Assembly (NCBI GenBank): GCA_041658955.1
Contig: JBAZZE010000003.1
Span: 3,842-67,841 of the forward strand
DNA: 64,000 bases
DNA from: Candidatus Shapirobacteria bacterium
Lineage (GTDB): Bacteria; Patescibacteriota; Microgenomatia; UBA12405
Direction of reading: 5' to 3'
In this document: positions 47,205-56,299 of the stretch, one piece after another
Layout of the letters: each line of letters opens with the position of its first letter
Numbering within the stretch: position 1 is the first letter of the stretch
Translations under genes and position numbers: made by a program
Notes under the pieces: model-generated
Databases searched by the model: none
What the model saw: only the letters and a program-made list of their open reading frames with translations
What the model was told of the DNA's origin: nothing

Positions 47205-47336
47205 TTCAAACTCAAAGACATTTCCTCCGTGGACCGATAATCGGCTATCCTCCTTAATCCCAAGCGCGTGTACCGCCGTCATCTGCATTCTCGAAGACCT
47301 CCATACAAAAGAAACAGGTCTTCTGCGAAACCTCCA
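47205..47336 (+). ncRNA. Conserved structured intergenic element B, copy 2
   Basis: See copy 1. This copy lacks the ~80-nt insert present in copy 1. It contains the palindrome CCGATAATCGG. Confidence 0.45.
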
Positions 47337-47775
47337 CTTTGGAAACGTCTTTGAGTTTTATTTGATCAAAATTAACTTTTAATGAATTTTAATAAACACC
47401 TTAAATTACGATATTAATATATATTAAATCTTGGAGTAAAATAATATAGGTAAAGATGTGGATAGGTGTGGATAAGTATATACAGCCTGTAATATTAATA
47501 GGATAATGTTCGATAGCGAAGGGGAGGAACTGTTTCGTCAGTTGGGGGTATATAGTGTGGAGTTTCAGGACAGTTTATTTTGCAGCGATTACATTCACTT
47601 CGAGTGACGATGACAGCGTCTTCGAATTCGGTGAGGTGATGAATCTTAAGTAAATCTCGTTCAATTTTAGCGCTAGAGCAGAAGACTATTTGTTCAGATA
47701 TAATTTTGACCCTTGTCAGAATATCAAAACGGGAAATTCATGCAACTGGCAAAAATTCTAGAAAACTTGTAACCG

Positions 47776-47846
47776 TTTTTCTCACTCGAAGTCAAGTGTG
47801 CGACGCACGTTGAACCTCGCTCGAAAAAAGTTACTGCGTTTTCTTT
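47776..47846. repeat. REP-like element, divergent/partial copy B'
   Basis: CTCACTCGAAGTCAAGTGTGCGACGCACGTTGAACCTCGCTCGAAAAAAGTTACTGCG keeps the inner TCAA-GTGCGACGCAC-TTGA core and the AAAAAAG(A)TTAC tail. The outer arm is degenerate. Confidence 0.5.
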
Positions 47847-47900
47847 TAGAATTTTTGACAAATTTCAGCTTCAATCCTATCTACTTGATAAAATAGTTAA

Positions 47901-48743
47901 ATGAAACGGGGGATAAGACTGGCAATTATTTTAGGTCTACTAGTGGGAATGGTAATTGTATTGGTAGCTTGGAGAATAAATGCCGATCCTAAGGTGGCAC
48001 CGATTGTCCGAGTTATCGAGCCAACTCCGACAGTAGTGGTAGAAAAACCGCTGAAATTTGTGGTGATGTCGGATATTCATATGAACTGGACTGATTGGCG
48101 GAAGTTTTTGGCCAAAGTGAAACCAAGTGGTCAGATGGTGTTGGTGACTGGAGATATGACATCGCTTGGGAAGAAAAATGAATTACTGGCAGCCAAAAAA
48201 GTATTAGATGAGTCGGGAGTGAAATATGCGGTCATTCCGGGAAACCATGACATGTGGGAATCAGATCGGATTAAGACTAGCCTTTTTAACGAAGTCTTTG
48301 GAAAGGAATACCGAAGTGTTCGGCTTGAAGGTAGAAAATTTATCATGATTAATAATGGTCGAGCGACAGGATTAGGAACAGTTCAACGGGCATGGTTAGA
48401 GAATGAAGTAAAAGAATGTACGGTAGTAAAGTGTATTGCTCTGATGCATATGCCCTTAAATCATGGAATATCAGCCCATATCATGGGAGAGAAAAACAAA
48501 AAAGTAACTGAGGAGGTAGGGGAATTAATGAAACTTTTGAAAGCGAATAATGTAATGGACATTATAGCTGGACATCTGCATTATTCCGGGTCATATGAAT
48601 TGGATGGTCTACGAACTTATCTTTCTGGTGCAGTGACTCGGGAGCGCAACACTCAAACTCCACGGTACACCCAATACACAATGACTGGCGATCAACTTCA
48701 GGGATTGGTGGTAGTTGGAGAAGAAAATGAAATAGGTGATTAG
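47901..48743 (+). CDS. Calcineurin-like metallophosphoesterase (membrane-anchored)
   Basis: N-terminal TM. Motifs VVMSDIHMN, VLVTGDMTSLG, VIPGNHDMWE and IAGHLHYSG are the MPE signature. Confidence 0.7.
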   Translation: MKRGIRLAIILGLLVGMVIVLVAWRINADPKVAPIVRVIEPTPTVVVEKPLKFVVMSDIHMNWTDWRKFLAKVKPSGQMVLVTGDMTSLGKKNELLAAKKVLDESGVKYAVIPGNHDMWESDRIKTSLFNEVFGKEYRSVRLEGRKFIMINNGRATGLGTVQRAWLENEVKECTVVKCIALMHMPLNHGISAHIMGEKNKKVTEEVGELMKLLKANNVMDIIAGHLHYSGSYELDGLRTYLSGAVTRERNTQTPRYTQYTMTGDQLQGLVVVGEENEIGD

Positions 48744-48766
48744 TTTCTTTGTAGTTATAATTAGTC

Positions 48767-49240
48767 ATGATATTGGGTATTGATCCAGGGTTAGAAAACA
48801 CCGGTTGGGGAATTATAGAGGAGAATAAAAATGGTGGATATAAGTTGGTTGACTGTGGGGTAATAGTGACAAGTAATAAAAAAAGTTATCCGGAAAGACT
48901 CAAAGAAATCTACGACAGTCTTTTGGAAATAGTAAAGAAAAATAAAATAACCGAGATGGCGATGGAGAGTTTGTTTTTTGCCAAAAATAGTTCGTCGGCG
49001 ATCAGGGTGGCGGAAGCCATTGGGGTGATAAAACTTTGTGGAATAAATAACGGACTAGACCTGGTGGAATACACCCCATTACAAGTAAAAATGGCGTTGG
49101 TGGGATTTGGAAGGGCTGAAAAAGAACAAGTGGAAATTATGGTGCGGACTGAGCTATCCCTAGAAGAGGAGATTAGCCCTTCGCATGCGGCAGATGCGGT
49201 GGCAGTAGCCCTGACACAAGCGTTTACAATGAAAGTATAG
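48767..49240 (+). CDS. ruvC: Holliday junction resolvase RuvC
   Basis: MILGIDPGLENTGWGII (catalytic Asp). ...AMESLFFAKN (Glu). C-terminal HAADAVAVAL. Confidence 0.85.
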   Translation: MILGIDPGLENTGWGIIEENKNGGYKLVDCGVIVTSNKKSYPERLKEIYDSLLEIVKKNKITEMAMESLFFAKNSSSAIRVAEAIGVIKLCGINNGLDLVEYTPLQVKMALVGFGRAEKEQVEIMVRTELSLEEEISPSHAADAVAVALTQAFTMKV

Positions 49241-49317
49241 TGTAATTTATATTACATTATTTCTAAACAAACTCTCATATTATTTTAAGTTGAAGTAAAA
49301 GCTACTTAATACTTGAA

Positions 49318-49397
49318 TTCTCGTAACCATTTTTTATTGCCGAGAATCAATCTGGTTGTCCAGGTTGAAACAGTCAATAAAAAAGATTACTTCGAAT
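49318..49397. repeat. REP-like hairpin element, copy C (between ruvC and ruvA)
   Basis: TTCTCGTAACCATTTTTTATTGCCGAGAATCAATCTGGTTGTCCAGGTTGAAACAGTCAATAAAAAAGATTACTTCGAA. The architecture is the same as copy A, with the inner palindrome replaced by CTGG/CCAG. Confidence 0.7.
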
Positions 49398-49503
49398 TCA
49401 GTATTAATCCACCAAACGAATTAACTAACTGTTAAACAGTTCTTTCAAAATAAGATATATGTTTCGTCTTTCCTTCGGGGGTGGGTAAATGTTATGATGA
49501 GCT

Positions 49504-50067
49504 ATGATCAGTAGCCTCCGAGGCAAGGTGAGTCGAATTAGTCAAAATCAGGTAGAGATTGATGTGGGTGGAGTAGGATATTCAGTCTTCATGGGAAGAC
49601 ATAATTTTATTGAAGACCAAGAAGTAAAAGTGTTTACTTTTATGGCAGTTTCAGAAAATGATATGAGTCTTTATGGATTCGAGAAGTTCGAAGATCTTGA
49701 TCTTTTTAAAATGATGATTACTGTATCTGGAGTTGGTCCAAAGTCAGCGGCTCATATTTTGGCGAGCACGACTGGAACCGAGATAGTTAAAGCAATCGGG
49801 GATGCTGATGTTGAATTTTTCAAAAAACTAAAAGGGATTGGTTTAAAAACGGCTCAAAGAATTATCGTTGATCTTAAATCAAAAATTGGGGGGTTGGGAG
49901 TACTTGATTTGAAAGATAGTTTGCCACTGTTGGAAGATGATGTAGTGCTGAGCTTACAACAGCTTGGGTTTGAAAAGAAAGAAATTGAAAAAGTAGTCAA
50001 GAGAATTCCGGCGGAGTTAGAAGAGTTGGAAGAGAGGATTAGTTGGTGCTTAACAAATATCAAATAA
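49504..50067 (+). CDS. ruvA: Holliday junction DNA helicase RuvA
   Basis: MISSLRGKV...[11 protein letters not shown]-fold. HhH motifs [16 protein letters not shown] and [15 protein letters not shown]-terminal domain III. Confidence 0.85.
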   Translation: MISSLRGKVSRISQNQVEIDVGGVGYSVFMGRHNFIEDQEVKVFTFMAVSENDMSLYGFEKFEDLDLFKMMITVSGVGPKSAAHILASTTGTEIVKAIGDADVEFFKKLKGIGLKTAQRIIVDLKSKIGGLGVLDLKDSLPLLEDDVVLSLQQLGFEKKEIEKVVKRIPAELEELEERISWCLTNIK

Positions 50068-51026
50068 TGACTGACAAAAACCTGGATCCAAAACTAAAGC
50101 CGGAAGATAAAGAAATTGAACTATCGATTCGACCAAAGGGACTTTCAGAATTTATTGGTCAACAAAAATTAAAAGATCAGCTCGACATATTTATTCGGGC
50201 GGCCAAGTCACGAGGGGAACCTCTTGACCATATTTTGTTTTACGGACCTCCGGGTCTTGGTAAGACTACTCTGGCCATGCTTTTATCAGGGGAGATGGGA
50301 TCGAATATTAAAATTACTTCTGGTCCAGCATTGACGAGAGCGGGTGACCTAGCATCCATTCTGACAAGCCTTAAGAAAGGCGATTTTTTATTCATCGATG
50401 AAATTCATCGACTCAACAAAATTGTTGAGGAGACGCTTTATAGTGCGATGGAAGACTATGCTCTCGATATTGTCTTGGGTAAAGGTCCATCGGCAAGGTC
50501 GGTTCGATTGAAATTACAAAAATTTACAATTGTCGGAGCGACGACTCGGATAGGTCTGATTAGTAGTCCAATGAGAGACCGGTTTGGAATGGTTCAGCAA
50601 ATTGATTTTTATGAAGAACAAAATTTAAAAGATATTGTGGAGCGGACAGCCAAAGTACTGGGTGTAGAAATCGAAACCCTGGCTGCCCGAGAAATTGCCA
50701 AGAGGTCGAGAGGTACTCCGAGAATTGCTAATCGACTTTTAAAGAGAGTTAGGGATTATGCTCAAGTGGCAGGTGATGGAAAAATAAATTGGAAAGAATC
50801 AAAGGAAGCACTTCTAAAATTGGGGGTAGATGAGTTAGGTTTATCTGATGCAGATAGGAGGTATTTGGATGTGGTCAAAAACCAGTATGGTGGAGGACCG
50901 GTGGGGGTGGAAAATATTGCGGCGGCATTGACTGAAGATGTAGAAACCATTACCGATGTCTATGAACCGTTTTTGATGAAGAAGGGGTTGGTGAAGAGAA
51001 CTCCTCGAGGAAGGGTGACGAGTTAA
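50043..51026 (+). CDS. ruvB: Holliday junction DNA helicase RuvB
   Basis: AAA+ Walker [12 protein letters not shown]. Walker [11 protein letters not shown]. Sensor/arginine finger and winged-helix C-terminus. A 25-nt overlap with ruvA. Confidence 0.9.
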   Translation: MVLNKYQIMTDKNLDPKLKPEDKEIELSIRPKGLSEFIGQQKLKDQLDIFIRAAKSRGEPLDHILFYGPPGLGKTTLAMLLSGEMGSNIKITSGPALTRAGDLASILTSLKKGDFLFIDEIHRLNKIVEETLYSAMEDYALDIVLGKGPSARSVRLKLQKFTIVGATTRIGLISSPMRDRFGMVQQIDFYEEQNLKDIVERTAKVLGVEIETLAAREIAKRSRGTPRIANRLLKRVRDYAQVAGDGKINWKESKEALLKLGVDELGLSDADRRYLDVVKNQYGGGPVGVENIAAALTEDVETITDVYEPFLMKKGLVKRTPRGRVTS

Positions 51027-51045
51027 CTTATTACAATAAAACCTA

Positions 51046-51127
51046 TCAAGTTCTCGTAACCATTTTTTATTGCCAAGAATCAAGTGTGCGACGCACGTTG
51101 AAACAGGCAAAAAAAAAGATTACTTCG
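51046..51127. repeat. REP-like hairpin element, copy D (after ruvB)
   Basis: TTCTCGTAACCATTTTTTATTGCCAAGAATCAAGTGTGCGACGCACGTTGAAACAGGCAATAAAAAAAAGATTACTTCGAA. Arms TTATTGCC/GGCAATAA, TCAA/TTGA and GTGCG/CGCAC. Confidence 0.7.
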
Positions 51128-51202
51128 AACTTGAAGCTTTATATAAATTGCGAAAACTACCCTCCGGAAATGTATTTGACATTGAATTTGTTATTTTCGG
51201 AA

Positions 51203-51823
51203 CTATAGTGACGGTGTTTTAATTAGTTCCATTTGGTTGAAGTCTGCAATCGGAACGACAGTGGTTTTGTCGGGAATTATGTGAACATCTTTGTTGACCC
51301 AAAGGAATACACCATTAAAATTGAAAGGTTCGGTGTAGTCATGGCCTACAAAAGCGAATAGAGTTGTTTCTTCGTCCGGTGCAAAACACCTGAACGAATC
51401 GTTGACTCCAACCGCCCGACCATGGTCAGCTAGGACTACGTTACTATTTGGTGCTGATGTACCAATGGGGTAGTCTACTTCATGAGTTTTGGCAAATGCC
51501 GAGGTGTGAATTTCGGGGCCATCTCCGATCGTATAGCTAAAGATAGTGGCAACACCTCTGCCTGTATCTACATGACTTATTGTTCCAGCACCAAACTCTT
51601 TTTCACCAATCACTTTCTGCAATCGAGTAATATCGAATTGATGTTTTTCTAACCAATGATCACCGGGCCAACCGCTATAAGTAGGTTCTTTACTAACTCC
51701 AAGTCGACGCTTGATACCTTCTACTGAAAACGCTTTTGGAACTGGTTTTACAGTTACTTTATCGAATGATGCCATGATTGGATTATACCGCAGTGTTTCT
51801 ATGGAACAAAAAAAGTCGAACAT
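51203..51823 (-). CDS. Hypothetical protein (beta-rich, possibly cupin-like); probable start at MASFDK
   Basis: 206-aa ORF with no confident motif. It sits between REP-like copy D and the excisionase-like gene. Confidence 0.3.
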   Translation of the reverse strand: MFDFFCSIETLRYNPIMASFDKVTVKPVPKAFSVEGIKRRLGVSKEPTYSGWPGDHWLEKHQFDITRLQKVIGEKEFGAGTISHVDTGRGVATIFSYTIGDGPEIHTSAFAKTHEVDYPIGTSAPNSNVVLADHGRAVGVNDSFRCFAPDEETTLFAFVGHDYTEPFNFNGVFLWVNKDVHIIPDKTTVVPIADFNQMELIKTPSL

Positions 51824-51873
51824 AGCAATACAAGTTTGTAATAAGGTATAGTTTGATAGAGCAATAAAACAGA

Positions 51874-53181
51874 TTATCTACGGGTGATGAGAGTGTTACC
51901 AAGGACTTCGGCGGTGTTACCACTGCTGATTAATAACAAAGAAATATTCAAATGAGGGATAACTAGTTTGCCTCCACGAGAATAAGTGTGACAAACCATC
52001 TTAAGAGGTATGTTTGCTGGAAGAGTGGCGACTGGCCTATCTTCGTTGGTGGAGCGGAGCTGGTCGGTTAACAACTTGTGTAGAACAGCTATTTTAGGGT
52101 TGGCACTAGGGTCAGATTTACTCAACCTGACTTTAGTCTGTTCGTATTTGTTTTTTAATTTAATCAATTTAGCGGTAGCTTCATCATCTAGACCACCTTT
52201 TTCCAGCCAAGAGTTTACTTGCATGAGAGTCGGCTTAAATACTTGAGCCCGGTTGAAGAGTTCTAAGGCTATTTCCTGGGAGATCCCTAATTCTCTTAAT
52301 TGAGAGACCGCTAAGGCAATAATTTGAGGGTGAGCTGATTCACGGGAACACCAAAGTTGTTGATGGCTTTGAAGCAGTATCTGATAACCCTGATTCAGGG
52401 TGCCAACTAGTTGATAACCAATTTCCAAGTAATCATTAAGACGGGTACTATTGGCGATACTAATAGAGACGCCAACTCCATAAGGGTTGTTTGGTTCATG
52501 CACTGAAGAGACATCAATCTTTCCAACTGACTTAATATTCTCGGAAATTTGGGCTGAGATAGGTTCAAAAAGATCGGCAAATAATAGACTAACTGGGGAA
52601 TAGAATTTTAGAATTTGGGCAGGGGATGGTTCAACCCGATCGTTTGATGAGGGGACCGGGGGATAGGCAATGTGAAGATGGTTAAAAGGATCGGATGGAG
52701 GACCGGCACTTTGACCTAATTGATTATCTTTTGGGGTGTAGCCAAATAGTTGGAAAATAACTGGGTGAATTTTAGTGTTGTTGTAAAGGTGCCAATAAAC
52801 AGCACTAACACCTGATGCCAGTGAACGGACAGTTTTTTTATTTAGACCTTTTGGGGTAATTTCTGCAGTTAGATTTTGACTCCAGACATTGTAATGGGCG
52901 GGAGTGTCTCCACGGTGAACGAAATCTAATTCATGATCGGCACTAACTACTCGACCATTAGTATGTGGTGAGTAAACTGGACAGACAATGATACTTTCAT
53001 CGTTTGGATTGAGAGCGTGGACATTTTCTTGTTGTAGTCCGGTCCAAAAAGCATGTCTACCTTCAGCTGTATCCATGTTATTAACAAGATCTTTTCTCTG
53101 ACCTTGAGGTGGTACAACAATTTGGCTGAGAATTATTTTGTCTGGTAAATGACTGATGGCTTCGGAAACTGTTTTTACCAT
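51874..53181 (-). CDS. Hypothetical protein, 435 aa
   Basis: Long ORF with no signal peptide. It contains NHLHIAY (an incomplete HIT/GalT-like His motif). Not assignable to a family. Confidence 0.35.
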   Translation of the reverse strand: MVKTVSEAISHLPDKIILSQIVVPPQGQRKDLVNNMDTAEGRHAFWTGLQQENVHALNPNDESIIVCPVYSPHTNGRVVSADHELDFVHRGDTPAHYNVWSQNLTAEITPKGLNKKTVRSLASGVSAVYWHLYNNTKIHPVIFQLFGYTPKDNQLGQSAGPPSDPFNHLHIAYPPVPSSNDRVEPSPAQILKFYSPVSLLFADLFEPISAQISENIKSVGKIDVSSVHEPNNPYGVGVSISIANSTRLNDYLEIGYQLVGTLNQGYQILLQSHQQLWCSRESAHPQIIALAVSQLRELGISQEIALELFNRAQVFKPTLMQVNSWLEKGGLDDEATAKLIKLKNKYEQTKVRLSKSDPSANPKIAVLHKLLTDQLRSTNEDRPVATLPANIPLKMVCHTYSRGGKLVIPHLNISLLLISSGNTAEVLGNTLITRR

Positions 53182-53293
53182 AAGTAGGGGTATTATACTG
53201 TAGAACCAAAAAAGGAGCCAGCGATTAGACTGACCCCTTAGAAGGTAAGGTTAGAATTGCCAGAGCCAACTTGCGTTGGCCAAGGCAATAAAT

Positions 53294-53551
53294 TTATTCC
53301 GTTTGAATCCCCAACAGCCAGAGTACGGCTTCTTTGCGGTAACGGCGATCACCGCGGGCGTTGATGCGGATGGCGGGCAATTTGCCACGCTTACCCCAAC
53401 GCTTGATGGTCAACTTTGATACACGGAGTAGGTCGGCAACTTCAGCGACGGTTAGAAGGTCGGGGAGGTTATCGATACTAACTCCATTAATTTTTTTTGG
53501 AGCAGGATTTTGTTTCACAAGTTTGTCTTGTGATGGGGTTTGATCTTCCAT
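53294..53551 (-). CDS. Excisionase/AlpA-family helix-turn-helix DNA-binding protein
   Basis: LTVAEVADLLRVSKLTIKRWGKRGKLPAIRINARGDRRYRKEAVLWL fits the HTH_17/Xis pattern (LT..E.A..L.VS..TI.R....G.lPa.ri.....rfr..dv..wl). Confidence 0.55.
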   Translation of the reverse strand: MEDQTPSQDKLVKQNPAPKKINGVSIDNLPDLLTVAEVADLLRVSKLTIKRWGKRGKLPAIRINARGDRRYRKEAVLWLLGIQTE

Positions 53552-53726
53552 TGGGTGGCTCCTCTTGTATCAATGTAATGGTTAACTGTATTCATTAAAA
53601 CATATTGCATACTAGTAGGTCAATAATGAAAAAAATAAATTTGGGGATTATTTTATTAATGAATGGTAAATGGGGGTAAAAGGAAATTTTTTCCAAACAG
53701 AAGGAGGCTTAGTGTAGAATTATTTT

Positions 53727-54722
53727 ATGAGTGAATACAAAATAGCTTTCTTCGGTGTCAAAAGTTGGGAAAGAAAAATTATTGAAGAACAGATAATAAA
53801 TCTAGATGCGACTGGGGTGGGAATTTTTGCGGATGAACTACATGAGAATATTGAGATGGCTAAGAAGTATGACATTGTCTCAGTGTTTGTCTATTCAAAA
53901 CTAACAAAAGAAGTATTGGATAAACTACCCAACTTGAAAATGATTGCAACCCGATCGACAGGGGTCGATCACATTGACTGTAGTGAATGTGATAAAAGAA
54001 AAATTGTGGTGAAGAATGTACCGACTTATGGATCAAATACCGTCGCTGAATACACTATCGCTTTACTGTTAGCGGTTGCCAAAAGAATTGTGCCAGCTCA
54101 TCAGTCAGTGGAAGATGCTGAGTTTAGTCCTGAAGGCCTGACCGGGCTTGATGTCTTTGGTAAGACTTTGGGGGTAATTGGAGCGGGTCGGATTGGTCAA
54201 AATGTGATTAAGATCGCCAGAGGTTTGGGGATGAAAATTATTGCAGTGGAACGGACTCGGGATGAGAAGTTGGCCAAGAAACTGCATTTTAAATATGTGA
54301 CCTTAGAAGAATGTTTGGCGCAATCAGATTTTCTAACTCTACACGTACCAGCGATTCCTGAGACAAGGCATATGATTAACCTGAAGAACATTAAGTTGAT
54401 GAAAAAGGGTTCGGTGTTGATCAACACCTCTCGAGGTAAAGTAGTGAAGACTGAAGCGATTGTGTGGGCCTTGGCTAACAAGATTCTGTGGGGAGCCGGT
54501 CTTGATGTGACCGAGGATGAAGACTTGCTGGAAAGTGTAGCGATGGTGTCGAGCACTAAACCAACCAAAGATGATTTACAGGAAGTTTTGACTTTCCATT
54601 TATTACGCGATCGGGATGATGTGGTGTTTACTCCTCATAATGCTTTCAATACTCAAGAGGCGATTGGGCGAATTGTGGCGACGACAGTGGAAAACATTAG
54701 GGCTTTTGCTAAAGGTGAATAA
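53727..54722 (+). CDS. D-isomer-specific 2-hydroxyacid dehydrogenase (D-lactate dehydrogenase-like)
   Basis: NAD-binding LGVIGAGRIGQNV. Catalytic region LHVP...NTSRG...D. C-terminal FTPHNAF. Confidence 0.8.
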   Translation: MSEYKIAFFGVKSWERKIIEEQIINLDATGVGIFADELHENIEMAKKYDIVSVFVYSKLTKEVLDKLPNLKMIATRSTGVDHIDCSECDKRKIVVKNVPTYGSNTVAEYTIALLLAVAKRIVPAHQSVEDAEFSPEGLTGLDVFGKTLGVIGAGRIGQNVIKIARGLGMKIIAVERTRDEKLAKKLHFKYVTLEECLAQSDFLTLHVPAIPETRHMINLKNIKLMKKGSVLINTSRGKVVKTEAIVWALANKILWGAGLDVTEDEDLLESVAMVSSTKPTKDDLQEVLTFHLLRDRDDVVFTPHNAFNTQEAIGRIVATTVENIRAFAKGE

Positions 54723-54743
54723 ATTTGTATAATGTAGGAACCT

Positions 54744-55832
54744 ATGAAGTTTGTAATCATGGCCGGTGGTACCGGCAGCAAGCTCTGGCCAATTAGCCGA
54801 GCCAAAGACCCCAAGCAGTTTATAAAAATAGTAGGAGAAAAAACACTCTTCCAACTGACAGTAGAATCGCTTCTAAAGCGATACACTGTCCAAGATATTT
54901 TTGTATCGACGACCGAAGATTTGGTTCATTTTGTCGAAGATCAAACACCAAACATTCCCAAAGAAAATTATATTATCGAGCCGATGGCGAGAGATACTGG
55001 TCCGGCGTCGTGTTTTGCGATGGCAAAAGTGGCGGCTAAGTATCCCGATGAGGTGGTTTATTTTTATGTCCAGGCAGTGTGTACCCGAGAACCAGCTGAG
55101 AAATTTTTGGACATGATTGAGGAAATGGAGAAGTTGGTAAACAAAGAAGGAAAGTTAGTTACTGGCACAATTTTGCCAAAATACATTGAGACAGGAAGTG
55201 ATTTGATGAAGTTGGGTGATAAACAAGAATTGGGCAAGGGAATGAATGCTTATCAAATAAAAGAATTCATAAATGTAGTTAAGGAACGGATGACCATGGA
55301 GCAAGTGGGGGAGATTGCCAGAAATAATACGGTAGGAACTCATACTAATCATTTGACTTGGAAGCCAAAATTATTTTTTGAGGCAGTAAAAAAATATCGA
55401 CCAGATTGGTTGGCGGTAGTTGAGGAGCTCAAGGCGGTTTTTGGAAAAGAAAATGAAAAAGAATTGGTGGCAGAAATTTATGCTAAGTTTGAAAAAGGTC
55501 GAGTTGAACTGATGACAACAGAATTAATTAAAGATGGGTTAATGATGGCAGTCGAATTGCCTTTTGATTGGGCGCATATCACCACTTGGGATGATGTTTA
55601 TCGCTACCGACGAAGTCGGGGATTGCCAGAGATTGAGGGTAAGGTAATGGAACTAGAGAGTAATGAAAACTTGGTGTTATCAAACGGTAAAAAATTAATA
55701 GTGTTGGCCGGTATGAATGAAATGGTGGTGGTGGAAACAGATGATGCCATCTATATATCACCACGATCAAAATCAAATAAGGTCAAAGATGTGACCGACA
55801 AGTTGGCAGAGACAAATCCGGAACTACTCTAA
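54744..55832 (+). CDS. Sugar-phosphate nucleotidyltransferase (mannose-1-phosphate guanylyltransferase-like)
   Basis: N-terminal MAGGTGSKLWPISRAKDPKQF, the GMP-family signature. Confidence 0.7.
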   Translation: MKFVIMAGGTGSKLWPISRAKDPKQFIKIVGEKTLFQLTVESLLKRYTVQDIFVSTTEDLVHFVEDQTPNIPKENYIIEPMARDTGPASCFAMAKVAAKYPDEVVYFYVQAVCTREPAEKFLDMIEEMEKLVNKEGKLVTGTILPKYIETGSDLMKLGDKQELGKGMNAYQIKEFINVVKERMTMEQVGEIARNNTVGTHTNHLTWKPKLFFEAVKKYRPDWLAVVEELKAVFGKENEKELVAEIYAKFEKGRVELMTTELIKDGLMMAVELPFDWAHITTWDDVYRYRRSRGLPEIEGKVMELESNENLVLSNGKKLIVLAGMNEMVVVETDDAIYISPRSKSNKVKDVTDKLAETNPELL

Positions 55833-56138
55833 CTATCTTGAGGGACTAAAATCGACATCAAGAACTGGGTCACCGGCACGATTTTTGAAGGTAAGAGAGA
55901 TTTTTTCATCAACATGAAGTGAGTGGCCACCAAAGTCACAAACCAATTTTCCATCAGCATCAAAGACTTGGACATCGGCTGGGATATTTATGAGAGAGGC
56001 TCGGCCAGTATCAGAGAGCTTAAAACCGGTGAGTGAGGCGTCTTGCCCTGGTTCATTCAGCTGGGGGAGCAGTCCATTTCGGACAGTCCCTAATGTGGTT
56101 GCTTGTTCGCCGCTACGTAGAGATAATGTTGATGCCAT
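55833..56138 (-). CDS. Hypothetical small protein (doubtful)
   Basis: 101-aa ORF antisense to no other gene. No motif recognised. Confidence 0.2.
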   Translation of the reverse strand: MASTLSLRSGEQATTLGTVRNGLLPQLNEPGQDASLTGFKLSDTGRASLINIPADVQVFDADGKLVCDFGGHSLHVDEKISLTFKNRAGDPVLDVDFSPSR

Positions 56139-56299
56139 GGGATATTATAACATATTTATATCCTATAGTAAAATTTAGGTAGGAAATTGTGGCTAGTCTA
56201 GCTTCAGGGAAAAGTTTATAGGGGCGGGAACAAAGTTATTATAAACATAAAAAATAAGAAATCCATTGATTTGGTTTTACTTCTGCCTAGAATGGGAGG

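Noticed and set aside
49240-49504. LexA (Cheo-box CGAACN4GTTCG) operator upstream of ruvA / within REP copies
   Set aside because: TTCGAACTTGAAG and TTCGAATTCAG resemble half-sites only. There is no proper GAAC-N4-GTTC dyad.
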